Source: the human T2T-CHM13v2.0 reference genome, Homo sapiens. From it: 64,000 nt of DNA. Below the pieces are notes generated by a model. The model was not told the DNA's origin. It made no database searches and was given only the letters and a program-made list of their open reading frames with translations. Positions 15,332 to 30,000 of the stretch are shown here, piece by piece; the first letter of the stretch is position 1; each line of letters starts with the position of its first letter. The stretch is taken from the NCBI RefSeq assembly GCF_009914755.1, contig NC_060947.1; one strand, written 5' to 3'. The position numbers were made by a program, and so were the translations under genes.

Positions 15332-15699
15332 ACCCTGTCCTACTAATCCGAAAGGGTGAATATATCGCTACCCAATACAATGTTACTTGAAAGTCATGCA
15401 ACTAATAACATCATTATTCTCTTCCTAGTGCCTCCCAATTGTCCTGATGGAAAGGGACTTGTCATAGGTGAGTTTCATTTTTTGTTGTCAACATCATGTT
15501 TACTGGAGTTTAGATTACAAGAGAAGTCATACTTTTTAGGTGTACAGTTCTGAATTTAAATATGCATTCAGTTCTGTACCTCTACCAAACACAGAATATA
15601 GAATATTTCCATCACTTCAAAACATTATCTTGTACCACTCTGTGTTAATTTTCCAACCCTACTGTCATCTTTTAGGAAACAGACACCAAAATATAACAG

Positions 15700-15915
15700 G
15701 AAAAATTATATAGTCAGAAAGTAGAATGGAATTTTTACAGGATTTCTTGTTTAATAGGTATGGAGATTCTGTTTGGAATCAAAATTTTATGAAATTGGAT
15801 ATTGGTGATGGTTGTACAACATTATAAATACACTTAATGCCACTGAATTGTACACAGATAACAATGGTTAAAATGGTAAATTTTATGTTATATACATTTT
15901 ACCATAATAAAAATC
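15700..15915 (+). mobile_element. L1MB-type 3'-end fragment inside an older minus-strand L1 (about 15470-16160)
   Basis: 'ggtgatggttgtacaaca...taatgccactgaattgtacac...aaatggtaaattttatgtta'. Confidence 0.75.
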
Positions 15916-16467
15916 ATATTTGCCTTATTTTAAATTTATGTAAATTGAATCTTATAGGGTATACTTTGCTATGGCTGGATTATTTTGTTCAGTGTTATTT
16001 GTACAGTTCATCTATGTCAGTACATATCGTTGGAGTCCATTTATATTCATTCTGTTCTGTGAATATAGCATGATTTACATATTCAGTTTATTGCTAATAA
16101 ACATTTTAGCTGTTTCTGGTGCTGGACTATTCCACATAATGCTGCTATGAAGCAATATTTTAGATTCCAAAATAGGAAAAAAAATAAACTTAGCTTTTGC
16201 CACCACAAATTGTAGATAAATGAAATCAATTACCATAATTCTCGGTCAATAATTTCAGAGATTACTGAGTCAGCATAAGCAATCATAAAGTGTCCTATGT
16301 ATATTTATTAATATACTTGATTTAATTATTTCTAAGTAACTTTTAGCCTATACCCGTTTTTCATTTTTACCCTTGTTCATATTTGATTGGTATAAATGTG
16401 TGAGAATATTAAGGTATCTTCCCTAGATTCTTGCTTTTGTCCCAAATACCACATTACTGCACTCTAA

Positions 16468-16828
<361 letters not shown>

Positions 16829-17509
16829 TGATATATTTATGTAAGTGTTATAATAATGGAGACTTACATATTTTACATATACATACATGCAGTGTTTTGG
16901 TTAATTGTTAAATATATCTGTCCTCAGGTTGAAAAGTGGTTTATATAGTCTTGTGATTTTTAGAATTCTTCTAAATTTTGATTCCAAGACTGTATTTTGC
17001 AAGACAGGTTGTCAATGCAACCCTGTCAAATTTATATATAGAGACACAAATCTAATTTTCGTTTTTTTCAGGTTTTATTGCCTCTTTAGAGTAAAAAAAG
17101 TACCAACTTTTTGGAAAGCATTTTATTCACTCAAATTAGCTTCTGAACCTTATTGCATCCACTTTAGGCTAAATCTGCTAAGTTAACATTGGCATGTCTT
17201 TGCAAACACTTCCATGATGATGGTTTGGAAAAGATGTGTTGACTTTCAATTCTAAAGTTACTAAGTGTGGAATCCCTGATCTGCCTGGCCACAGCATCAT
17301 TCATCATCTGACTAAATTCACATGAATAGAGATAACTATATTAATTACAAATACTACAAATTTTAACTAGAATAAACAAAGAGAAAGGTGACTGCATGAC
17401 ATATAATAGCCAAGACTGCAATTCATGTGTTAGGTGTTTATACAGTACTTCATACAGTATTTAATATATGAAACATTGGGTTGAGGGATACTTTTAAATT
17501 TTGTTTTCA

Positions 17510-17812
17510 GCCGGGCGCGGTGGCTTACGCCCGTAATCCCAGCACTTTGAGAGGCCAAGGTGGGTGGATCATGAGGTCAGGAGTTCAAGACCAGCCTGGC
17601 CAAGATGGTGAAACCCCATCTCTACTAAAAATACAAAAATTAGCCAGGCACAATGGCACGATGGCAGGTGCCTGTAATCCCAGCTACTCGGGAGGCTGAG
17701 GCAGAGAATTGCTTAAACCCGTGAGGCGGAGGTTGCAGTGAGCCGAGAGCAAGCCACTGCACTCCAGCCCGGGTGACAGAGTGAGTCTCCATCTAAAAAT
17801 ATATATAAATAA
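17510..17812 (+). mobile_element. AluSg-like
   Basis: 'ggatcatgaggtcaggagttcaagaccagcctggccaagatgg'. Internal 8-bp duplication ggcacaat/ggcacgat. Confidence 0.92.
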
Positions 17813-18133
17813 AATGTTTTAAAAAAGTTTTTACTGTTAGTACAAGGAAGTAAACATGATTAAAGCTGAATGGCTAGGAAGTGAGCTCTAATAACATAAA
17901 ATTGAGAAATACACTGCTTTCCCCTTTTGAAATTGGAATGAAATTTAATTTGAATACGCCAATTACCTAGCACTTTGCTATAAAGCATACTAGATCTTGA
18001 AAAAAATTCTAACAGGGAAGAAATGAAAATTGCCGACATATGCTATCTTGGCATTCCCATAGATATAAGATGAATTATGATTTTTTGTTTTCATAATATG
18101 TAAGTTAATGTTAGTATTCCTAGCTTTGCAATA

Positions 18134-18451
18134 CCTGTGTGACCTGGTATTTATGAGGAATTGTTTCCAGGACCGCTGTAGATACCAAAATCCACAAATC
18201 CTCAAGTCTCTTATATAAAATGGTGTGCTATTTGCATATAACCTACGCACAACCTCCTATACACTTCATCTCTAGATTACTTATAATACCTACTAAAATA
18301 TGTAAATGCTCTATAAGTAGTTGTTATACTGTATTGGTTTTACTTGTATTTTTTATTATTATAGTGTTTTTATTGTTTTTGCCTGAATATGTTAAATCTG
18401 AAGTGGGCTGAATCCATGGATGCAGAACTCACAAATACTGAAGGGCGACTT
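18134..18451 (+). mobile_element. MER2 (TcMar-Tigger non-autonomous)
   Basis: 'ttccaggacc...gataccaaaatcc...atttgcatataacctacgcac...tctagattacttataatacc'. TA at both ends. Confidence 0.85.
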
Positions 18452-19484
18452 TATTTTAAAAAGTGGAAATGTAATAAATTGATAATCAGTCTTTGTGCAT
18501 TTGCTCATACTGGATTTTAAGTAATTACAGAAACAAGAATACAGAACTTTCTTAGTCTTAAAATAATTATTCAGTAGCTTTTCCAGTAATCTTTAAAAGA
18601 CTAAACCTATTGATAAGTATATTGTTGTTTAAAATTGCATAATTTATTGTCAAATATGAATTGCTAAATATCTTTTCTATAAAATCATTCTGGCATACTT
18701 GTAGCTTTTATCAATTAATTATGTCAGCTATTTATTAGCTAAGAGATTGTAACTCCCTGAAATAGCCTCACAAATATAGCCACAGATATCATGGTTGTAG
18801 ACAATAAGCGGTATTTAGTGATTGAAACAATATATATCTTAGCAAATATGCTACACTCTTCACTCTAGCCATGGCTCTGTGGAAAACACATCTGTTTTCT
18901 TCTCATCATGTCACATTATCTCTTATATCCATTGGTTCCTCATTAAAAGGATGAAGAAAAAAATAGTACCCTGTATATACAAACTTATACTACAATTCTT
19001 GAAGCTTATTAAATTTTCTTATAAATATTTCTTAATGACAAAGCATTATTTCCAGTATATACAGTGCCTCATATGGAGGATTCAATAGCAAAGTTCCCAA
19101 GGGTTGTAGAATTATTGCTTACTCTGCTAAATGATCAAGAATAACCTTTATTAAGCAAATTATGTTTAGAGAGATATTACTCTCTATCCCCACTAATGTT
19201 AATTTTCTGATGTCAAATGGATTTGAAAAGTGCGGCTAACTCTAACTCTTGGAAATTAACAGAACAGATTAAAGATTGTTAACAGTCTATAATAATAAGC
19301 AATTTTTTTAACCTAAATATCCTCAAGTATTGCTTAGATTCCTCTTTTATTACATAGCTAAACACTAAAGAATTCTAGACTAAAATATTATTATTTAAAA
19401 TTATTCTCACATTCTTATGATTGTTTGGTCTTTTATCAACTATTGCCAAAAATCTGAAATAATACATATGTCTACCCCAACACT

Positions 19485-19862
19485 TAATGGCTTAAAATAA
19501 TAGCCATACATGGGTTAGCTAGACTTGGGCTGATCTTTGCCAGGATCAGTAGAGTCAGTTATGTTCTATGTGTCTCTCATCTTCCTTAGCCTAATAGTTT
19601 AGCAGAATAAGTTCATTTCATGGTGATAGAAGAGGCACAACAGAGCAAACAAATACCAAGGCATATTAAAGCCTAGGTTTGGAACTGGCACACTTTTACT
19701 ATTGTTTCATTCTATTTCTAACGTAAGTTACATGGCCAAGTACAAAGTCAAGGGAGCAGGGAAACACACTCTGCCTTTACAAGAGGAACTATGGAGTCAC
19801 ACAAAAATACTATGGAAATAAGAAGAGATGAAACATTAAGATCAATAATACAATTTACCATA
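19485..19862 (-). mobile_element. MLT1-family LTR (old)
   Basis: 'aatggcttaaaataa', 'ggaactggcacac' and 'catggccaagtacaaagtcaaggg'. Confidence 0.6.
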
Positions 19863-20349
19863 AGTCTTTTCTCTCATTTCAGGCTGTCAGCTGTCAAGTC
19901 AACTGGTATAATTGTGAATGTTTCTAATGTGCTTCTAATAAGATTTATTTAGGAATTTAAATAACAAAAATGTACGTAAAAATAAGAATTCACAAGTTCT
20001 CATCAGACGCTGTGTGGTTTTCTTGGGAATAAGTTTCAACATACACCATCCATAAACTTGGTGGCTTATAGTGTGGTCTGCTCAGGGTATCTATTTATTT
20101 ACTTTCTGGAAATGAAATGATGCCTGAAGCTTAGCTCCAGATATGAATATTTTTTACTATCAGCTTACTTTTCTTTTTTTCCACTTCGTAATTTCTGTTT
20201 AATTAATTATTAAAATGAGGATAAGTCAAGGAGGATATCAATGAATAGAAAATTTTGTGAGCCATAATTATACATAAACCATGCAACTCTGGAATCTACA
20301 AGAATACAGTAGATTATTATTTTTAAAAATCATTTACTTTTTTAATTTC

Positions 20350-20724
20350 GTGTAGGTGGAGTTATAATTTTCCACTCTATTGACTTTGGACTTGGCCACA
20401 AGACTTATTCTGGCCAACGGACAGTAAGAAAACATGATGTTTGAAACAACCAAACAGAAATGTTTAAAGACATTACAAATTTCCATTTGTGTACGTCTTT
20501 TCAGTTCTCTACATGAAGTGAACAAATTCCAAATCAGAGCTCATCATTCAGTCTGAGCCTGGAAGAAAAAGATACATGAAACAGACTTGATTCCAACTCA
20601 TAGTCAGAAGTGAGTGGAGCAATAGGCATGTAACAGGAGAGAGAAATAAACAACCGTCCTTTTGGGACACTGAGATTTGCAGTTGTATCTTATGTATCAT
20701 CATCTAGCAAAACAGAATAATACA
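20350..20724 (+). mobile_element. MLT1-family LTR (old)
   Basis: 'tgactttggacttggccac...tggccaa' and 'gagaaataaac...cactgagattt...taatacac'. Confidence 0.6.
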
Positions 20725-20997
20725 CAAGATTTATATATCGGAATGTGGGAATTCTTTATAATTAAGTAGCTAGGATGTAACTGAGTGCTAAATTAGTGCA
20801 GAACAAAAGAAAAATCTGAGAATACATAGAAGACTAAAAGAAACGAATATTACCTTCTTAATCTCTTCACTGCTCATTTTGTGCCTTGCTTAGGTGTCAC
20901 TATTGTCTATATTTTATAGAAAATTGAAAAAAATGAGTTAATTAGATCATGTATTTGGATTGCTGAGAAGTCTTTTTTAAAAATACTTTTGTCCTAT

Positions 20998-21150
20998 AAT
21001 ACTAATACCTGGGTACTATGAAACAATAAGTACAACAAACCCCAGTGACACTTGTTTACCTATGTAACAAACCTTCACATGTATCCCCAACCCAAAATAA
21101 AAGTTTAAAAAAAAAGAAATATTAAAAATAAATAAATTTGAAAAAAATAC
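20998..21150 (+). mobile_element. L1PA15/16- or L1PB-type 3'-end fragment with A-rich tail
   Basis: 'acaacaaaccccagtgacac...tttacctatgtaacaaacc...aaaataaaagttt'. Confidence 0.8.
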
Positions 21151-24100
21151 TAACATAATCTTAATATACCTTAGAAATCCAACATTTTGGTTTTATGCAT
21201 CATGTTTTAGACAATTTTTTCACAATTAAAAGCAGCCCAAGATAATCATCAGACTCAGTTTTTGATACATTGCTTGCACAATTTGGTATGTTCATGAGCT
21301 GTATTTTAGCAACAAACAAATCAATTTCACATTTGGAAGCTTTCACATTTGAGTTAACTGAACTCTGTAGCCTCATTAATCCTTAATCTTAAGAAACAAA
21401 CAAAACAAAACATAAAATGGTAAACAACCTTCAACTTACCATGTACATGTGTTGCACTATTTGAGAGGAAAACTCTAGTATACTTAGCTTTTCATTTGGG
21501 GCTCAATGTGCCCCATTCTACTTTTCTATTCTTCCACAACATGAACTTTCATAGGCATTACTAAGAAAAAGTTAAACCACATGATTTGCTAATTTAAACA
21601 TATTTAAACATTTAATAATTAAATTACCATATACATAGCTTAATATATTTTGTATTATAGATCTTCACTGGTAAGTAGATTATGGTTAAAGGTTCCTATA
21701 TGTCAGTAGTTCTTAACTTTTAGGGATTAGCCATCGTTTTGAAAATACAAATATAAATGTTCTTTTCTTTAGCAACGGGCTAGGAGCCAGACAAAAATGA
21801 CTGAGAAAAGAAAACAATGTAGAAAACTCTACATAGCCTTTTAAAAATAGAGCTCAGTGGACGCTTTGCTGGCTACTTCCTAGGTAGGATAAATACTGCC
21901 CATCTCTTACTAGAAAAACATAGATTTTTAAGTGACCCAATGTTCCTATGAGAATGTACATTATTTCACCTGCTAGAATTCTCTTGTAAAATGTAGAAGA
22001 AAAAAATTAATTGAAAAACACATAGATCCATGTCCCTTCATCTAAAACTCACACCTATGATTCACAGAAAATTACTAGGCTACCAGTCATTTCAGATTTT
22101 GATGCTAGGCACAAATTCCCTGCCCGAATTCACTGTATCACTACATGAATATACGTCATTAGCCACATAAATTATTTTGAACTGAATTATAGTAAATTAT
22201 ACAGTATTACTGTTCACATAGCTTGAAAAGTGTTTTCTGACTCATTCTTATAACTTATTCTACATAAGAAAATAATAAGTTTAGAGAGATTTAAGTATAA
22301 AGCATTATTTTTAAAACTCTTTATATGAGGGCAAACATTTGTTAATATTATCTAATTATTCCTCGAAATAAATTCTTTGGTAATTCATTTTTGTTTTTTA
22401 GAAACTAAAGTCTTAGAGTTAGAATAAAAAAAAAAGCCTGCAAACAGAAACAATGTATTTTCAAGTGTTATTTTTCAGATATATTGCAGTGCATTTTAAT
22501 TTTATAAAGTCAAAAGAATTTATAAGTAAATAAACTATCCAATGTCACTTTCTGCTATCCTGAATAATTATCAATAAATGCATGTATTCATAATGCTCAT
22601 TTGAATATGAATGGGAGCCTGTCAGGGAATAGCTTGTATGTCCATTTCAGTTTTACACAATGGGAGGTATGTGATCACACATAACGTACTTCACCAGAAT
22701 AAGGAGATAAAGCTGTAAGATGTCCCTTGAAATTAAAAGATTTCTCAACACAAAATTCTCAGATTCATCATCCACAATCAATGTAGATTTGTTTATAAAT
22801 TGGTTTTAGCAAGACTCCTCACGTTAAGTCATGCCACATGTAAAATAACATTCCAAACAGTAGGATGGCTGTAGTGTTGGAGAAACAGAACAATCTAAGT
22901 TTTAATCTCACTTTTGTGATTGACTAAATTTGACGTATTGGGTTATTTAATATTGGAGTGCCCATCTCTTTATCTAAAAAGGGAAAATAGTAAGTTAAGA
23001 ATTCTTACGAATATTAAGTAACATGTTTCTCATCACAATACAGTAGATACCAAAATCATGTCACAGACATGTTGTGTTAGAAAACCAGATCTGATCCAGT
23101 GTACAGTGTAGCAATAGGTAGCGGAAGTATAGAAGTTCAAGCCTTTGCCTTTACTTTCAACTCCTAAAATAGTTCACTTGGCATTTTCCCCCTGGGTTCT
23201 TTAAATATGCCTTATACTCTGGTGTATACAAATGTGTGCCCCTACCTTGCAACTACTCCTAAAACAGAAATTTGATACCAGGACTGAGTTTGGAGCCCTG
23301 AAATCAGTTACTACCAGCAAATTCCTAAAGTCCCCATCAACATGTTTACCTATCTGAAAGGATGCTCCCTTTCTACTTTTTTCTGATGATCTGTATGGAT
23401 TCTCTTCCTATCACATATTATTCTCCTTTATGGAAACTGTGTTCTATTATTTGTGTTATATTGTTTATCTCCTGATAACTATTTGTTACAGGATGTGCCT
23501 CAGCATTCTTACCTTAAAAACCAATGGGATTTCTAATCTCAGAGTCACAGCTGAGTGCGTATACATTCAATGATTTTATAGCTCATGCTGGTTTTCCTAT
23601 TCATCCATGATTTTTGAAAATAAGGATTCTTTCTAACTACTACTCACTGGTTGAACACCTTAAGCAATCTTTATCTAGGGTACAATGCTCCAGATATTAA
23701 CCCTTATTATCCTTTATAATAAGGATATAAATTATCCTTCTATTACTTCCCAAACTCTGTTGTAATCTGTTAGTCTATTTTAATATACTTCAGGCCCTGG
23801 GAAAACTAGTGAAACTAGGTAGGACCATGACTTTGACGATCACTTGATATACAAGGTAAGATCCAAAAGCAAAAAATTCTTTCAATACTGTGTCTGCTAT
23901 TACTTAACTCATTTTTCTTTTATCGATAAATAATGATTGTGAAAACTAACTGAAACTGCCCATGTGAAAATGAGTAGCACAGATCCTAGTTCATATAATT
24001 AGAATATTTTGAAAGACAGACAGAAACCGGCCCTTATCTTAAAGTGTTTAAAATCCTCTTATGAGAGATATGTAGAACAGCAATCAACCATATCATAATG

Positions 24101-24303
24101 CAATTAATAAATAATGAGGTGCTAGTTGATAAGCTACAGAATTCAGCAAGTAACAAATATTCAGGCAATTTGTCTTTGAGATACATGTGCATACTAGAGA
24201 TTTAAATATGATGATAAAAATAAATGAAGAAAACACATGATGAAGAAGACCTTACAAAGAGTAATTAGGAAGATGTGATACTAAAATCACTAAAAATGCA
24301 ATA

Positions 24304-24605
24304 CAGTTATCCCTTTGCATCCATGAATTCCGCATCCATAGCATCAACCAACCAAGGATCGAAAATATTTGGAAAGAAAATTCCTCCTGTATAGACGTTT
24401 TTTCTTACCATTATTCCCCAAACAATACAGTATAACACCTTTTTGCATATAGTTTACAAGTAATCTAGAGATAATTAAGGCATATGGGAGGATGTGCATA
24501 AGTTATATGCAAATACTATGCCATTTTACATGAAAGACTTGAGTACCCAATAATTTTGGTTTTTGTGCGAGGTCCTGGAAGAAATTCCCCCAGAGATGCT
24601 GAGTA
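24304..24605 (-). mobile_element. MER2, opposite orientation to the copy at 18.1 kb
   Basis: 'aagtaatctagag...ggaggatgtgcataagttatatgcaaatac...ggtcctggaa'. Confidence 0.82.
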
Positions 24606-25999
24606 TTTCATTCTTATTCCTTTTATTAACGTGACTTGCTAAAAGTTTAAAATATATGATCTGATTAAACTTCTAAAATTGTCTAGTAAAAAATAAAAAA
24701 GACAAAAAGTAAAATATCAGATATAAAAGGATAAAATAATTACACATTAAGACAGGTTAGAACATAAATTAAAAGATAAATGAAAATAATGAAGATGTTA
24801 ATAACTACAAGATCAAGAAAAAGACATCAGTTAGGTAGGTTAGAGGCCTTAGGAAAACATGAAACTTAATGGTCATACAATAAATATCATACCATTTTAA
24901 AGTTCTGGATCTTAAGCTTTTGGCAAAATTTATACACACTTCTTACATATTCATATACATATTTGATTACTGAAAATTGTGTGGGAACTCTATTATCATA
25001 GTCCTCCAAATCTTACCCTTTATACATTTTAAACTTATTAGAAAAAGAGATAAATATATAGTACTATTTCTAAAAGGAAAAGAAACCCAAAATATGTACA
25101 ATTGAAATCATAGATTGAGTGCTATTCCCCCAAGTTTCCAAATTTTTTACGTATGTTACATTTTTTTTTTAATCTTGAAAAGCCAAAAATGAACATACTA
25201 TTATCTTGAATTATTTCAGTAGATTTGCCTCAAAGAGTTTAAGGTTCATGCTGGTTTGCCTATCTAGCTATAACTTTGTACAATGGGGTTTCTAACTACT
25301 GCTCATTGATAGTTCACCTCAAGGTTGTTTAACTACCATGCCAATATCTATAGGCATAAATCTGCAAGTATTAAGAGTTACAGGGTTGTCCTGAATTTTT
25401 AAATGATTTAATGCTATTTGCTTTAATCTTCTGTTGCAGTGAACTTTAAATCCTCCAAGCAAACATCTATTGATTATAAACAAATTATAAAATCATTGCA
25501 CTAAACTTTTGTCAACCATATTGTAGACTTCTTTTCAAGAGGAGAAGATATTACTAAATATTATCTGATGCATTATTTCTAAACATTTGTCCCAAGAATG
25601 ACTGTAAATTGACATCTGCTGGAAACATATTATATAGACCTTTCACCAAAATCAAACATAGCAATATATAAATGTACACAAATCCATCTGTATTCATGCA
25701 CACATATGTGCCTTCTTACATATATGCATATCTGAACACTGAAACACAGACTTTCATAATTCCTTTATTTTCTTAAAATCAAATTTACACAAAAGAAATA
25801 TTTGAACATGTTCAACATGTTGTCAACTACTAATATAAAATTTTAATGCACAGAGCTGCCAAAATCCACCAAAAAAGGAAACCTTTAAGAAATATTTTTT
25901 TATATTGTGATATCCTGAGGAAAAAAATCACTGAATGGCCTTTTTCATTACTATTTAGTGTGATAATTACTAGGTGCTAGTCCTCCTTCTTCCAGATAA

Positions 26000-27095
26000 A
26001 TACAGTGTGGTAAAGGAGAATGAACAAAAATGTAGATGACTACAGACAAGATTAATGAAGACAACATCAGAGCTATTCTCAGGGTGCTGTGGAAACTGTC
26101 TAACCAAAATTTGCAGAAATGGTATTTTGAAAGGCTTCTGGAAGGTATAAAAGTTGAAATGAGTCCTGAAAGATAAATAAGCATTATCTGAGGGGAAAAA
26201 GAAAATAGGTGAAGGACAACCCAGAGACTTAGACAGCGGGTATTCATGGAGGGTATGAAATAAGATGGTCATAATTTAGAGACTTCAAGTAGCACGGTAT
26301 AAAGAACACATGTGTTTTGAGGTGGATAATGCTGAAATACGATACTGAAGCAGTAAGCTGGGACCAGTCCAGATTAAACACTCTGATAAGGTTGTGCATT
26401 ATCCATATTTCATTAGGGGGAATTAAAAAATAAAACCATTAGACAGCAAAATGACACAATCATATGTGTGCTTTAGAAGGAAAACCCTAGTAGAAGCATG
26501 GCATAGAGAGCAAAAATCAAGAAAAACTGCTCAATGAAGATCTGAAATAAGGTAGGGGTTAACAAAAAGAAAAATGTGGGGAAGATAAAAAAAAAGTGAG
26601 GCAAAACCTTAGAAGTCTTTGGTGAATGAAAGTCTTTGGTAACTGAAAGAGTTAATATACATAAAGAGATGGCTCTTTGGTGTCTTTAATGGACATCTAG
26701 ATGACTAATGTTACTGTTTGACGAATTATAGAAAATATGAGAAGACAAGTTTGCAGATAGAGTTAAGTGGATGAGTACAGTTAATAAAGTGTAGGTCTTA
26801 TTATGCTAGAGAACATTGACTTTGTAATATTCAGTGGGACATTACAGTTCTGGAGCTTATGAGATGAGATAAATCAGAATGGATTTATAGAACTGAAGGT
26901 CAAAAATGTAGACAACAGAATCACTAATTGAAATATAAATTGAATAATGAAGAATATGTAGAGGGAAAAGGATGATTGGAATAAATCTAAAAGAAATAAC
27001 AATAGTTAAAGTTGAGACAAAGAAAGTATAGTCAAGATACAAAGCAAAATAAGGAGAGCCAAGAAGATGGAAGAAAACTAAGGGAGAGTGTTTCT
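26000..27095 (-). mobile_element. L2 fragment(s)
   Basis: Purine-rich degenerate pattern typical of antisense L2 ('gaaggcttctggaagg', 'tgagtcctgaaaga', 'tctggagctta'). Confidence 0.55.
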
Positions 27096-27099
27096 TCAT

Positions 27100-30000
27100 A
27101 AGTGAATGAAGAAATTTAAAAATTTTTTAAAATTCTTGAAACTAATGAAAATTTAAACAAAGCATACCAAAACCTATGACTACAGCAAAACAGTTCTAAA
27201 AGGGAAGACTATAGCAACAAACACCTAATCAAAATATATTAGAAAGATCTCAAATAAACGCCTTAAATGTTAACATAAAGAAATTAGAAAAACAAGAGCA
27301 AACTAAACCCAAAATTAGAAGAAAATAAATAATAAAGATCAGAGTATAAATGAACTAAACAGAGAGGAAATAACATAAAAAATCGAGTAAACAGAGTTGT
27401 TTTTTGAAAAGATAAACAAAATAAAGAAACCTTTAGCTCAAGCTCAACTAAGACAAGAAGCATATTGAAATCAGAGATGGAAAAAGAGACATTACAAGTG
27501 ATACCACAAACAATGCAAAGGATCATAATATACTATTATGAAGAACGATATGCCCAAAATTGAAAATCCTGGAAGAAATGAATAAATTCTTGGACACATA
27601 CAACCTACCAAAATTAAATCATAAAGAAAGTGGAAATCTGAGCTGACCGATAGTGAATAATGACACCAAGAAGCAATAAAAAAGTCTCTCATCAGAGAAA
27701 AGCCCAGGACCTTACAGCTTTTCTGATGATTTCTACCAAACATTTAACGAACTGATACAATTTTTTAAAAACTATTCAAAAAAATTAAAGTGGAGGAAAT
27801 TCTTTCAAACGCATTCTACAAGGCCACGATCACTCTAATACCAAAAATTAGGCAAGGACACAATTTAAAAAGAAAAGTACCAGCCAACATCTCTGATGAC
27901 CATACAAGGAAAAACCAACAAAATACTAGGACACCCAATTTGACAACATATTAAAAAGATCATTCACCATGATCAATTGGGATTCATCCCAGTTGTACAA
28001 GGATGATTTGATATATGCAAATCAATAAACACAAGACACCACATGTACAGAATCAAGAAAAAAGCCAATATGATCATTTCAATAGATGCAGAAAAAGCAC
28101 TTGATAAACATCCTCTGTGATAAAAACTCTTAAGAAATTAGGCACAGAAGCAATGTACCTCAACACAATAAAGTCCATATAGGACAAATGCACAGCTAAT
28201 ATTGCACTGAATGGGGAATAGGTGAAAGCTTTTCCTCTGAAATCTGGAAAAAAATACAAACAAGAATGTCTACATTCATCACTTTTATTCAGTATAGTGC
28301 TGGAAGCCCTAGTTAGGGCAATTAGGCAAGAGAAAGAAAGGGCATCAAAATTGGAAAGGAAGAAGTCAAATTGTCTCTGTCTGCATATGACATAATCTTA
28401 TATATACAAAACCCTAAAGACTCCACCAAAAATATTAGAATAAATTTATTCAGTAAAGTTGCAAGATACAAAATCAACATATAAAATCAGTAGCATTAAT
28501 ATACACCAATAGCAAACTATCTGAGAAAAAAATGAAGAAAGCAATATCATTTACAATAGTTAAAAAATAAAACTAGGAACACATTTAACTAATGGATTGA
28601 AAGAGCTCTACAATGAAAACTATAAAACACTGATGAAAGAATTAGAAGAGGATACAAATGGAAAGATACTCTGTGTTCAAGGATTAGAGAATTGATATTG
28701 TTTAAATGTCCATACTATCCAAAGCGATCTGAAGAGTCAATGCAATCTCTATCAAAACACTAATGGCATCTTCACAGAAATAGGAGAAAATCTAAATATT
28801 TGTATGGAACCACAAAATAACTCAAATAGCCAAAGTAATCTTGAGTGAAAAGAACAAAGCTGGAGGCATCACACTATATGACTTACTACATAGCTATAGT
28901 AACCAAATGAGCATCATATTGGCATAAAAAATAAACATAGAGACCAACAGAAGAGAAAACACAGAAATAACTCCACACACCTACAGTCAACTGATTTATA
29001 CAAAAGTGTCAGAAACAGTCAATGAGAAAAGGACAATCTCTACAATAAACGGTCCTGGGAAAACTGGATATCTGCATGCAGAAGAATGAAGCTACATTCC
29101 TATCTCTCACCATATAAAAGAATCAACTTAAAATGGATTCAAGATTCAAATGTAAGACCTGAAAGTATGAAACTACTAGAAGAAAATATGGGGGAAACTA
29201 TTCATGACATTGGTCTAGGCAAGGATTTTTTTGATATGTCCTTAAAAGCACAGGCAAAAGAAAGCAAAAATAGACAAATGGAATTATATCTTACTAAAGA
29301 GTCCTGCACAGCAAAGGAAACAATGAATGAAGACACAACATACAGAATGGGAGAAAATGCTTGCATAGTATGCATGTGACAAGGGGTTAATAACCAGAAT
29401 ATATAAGAAACTCAATAGCAAAACAAAAAACAACAAAAAAAAACAAAAACAAACAAACTCCAATTTAAAAATAGGCCTAAGACCTGACCTAACATTTCTC
29501 AAAAGAAGATATACAAGTGGCCAACAGGTATATGAAAAATTCCTTAATAAGACTAATCATCAGGGAAACGCAAATCAAAACCACAGCAAGACATCACCTC
29601 ACACTTGTCAACATGACTATTATCAAAAAATTAAAATAAAAATAACATTATTCAGCTCCCATTTATAAGTGAGAACATGCAGTGTTTGGTTTTCTGTTCC
29701 TACATTAGTTTGCTTAGGATAATAGCTTCCAACTCCATCCATGTCCCTGCAAAGGACATGATCTCGTTTCTTTTTATGGCTGCATAGTATTCCATGGTGT
29801 ATATGTACCACATTTTCTTTATCCACTCTATCATCGATGAGTATTTGGGTTGATTCCACATTTTTGCTATTGTGAATAGTGATGCAAAAAACACACAAGG
29901 ACATGGAGGGGAACAACACACACTGGGGCCTGTTGGGGGGTGAAGCAGAGGGGGGAAGAGTATTAAGAAAAATAGCTAATGCATGCTGGACTTCATACCT

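Noticed and set aside
17214-17279. C/D-box snoRNA-like pattern (ATGATGA ... CTGA)
   Set aside because: No terminal stem and no recognisable rRNA or snRNA guide. Both motifs are common by chance.
22596-22682. Octamer-like atttgaat plus Sox-like acaatgg, and a possible 16-nt micro-exon
   Set aside because: The octamer is mismatched, the spacing of about 50 bp is not a composite Oct-Sox site, and such motifs are frequent in AT-rich DNA.
25802-25823. p53-like element gaacatgttc-aacatgttg
   Set aside because: The first half-site is perfect, but the second overlaps it by one base and has two mismatches, so the geometry is non-canonical.
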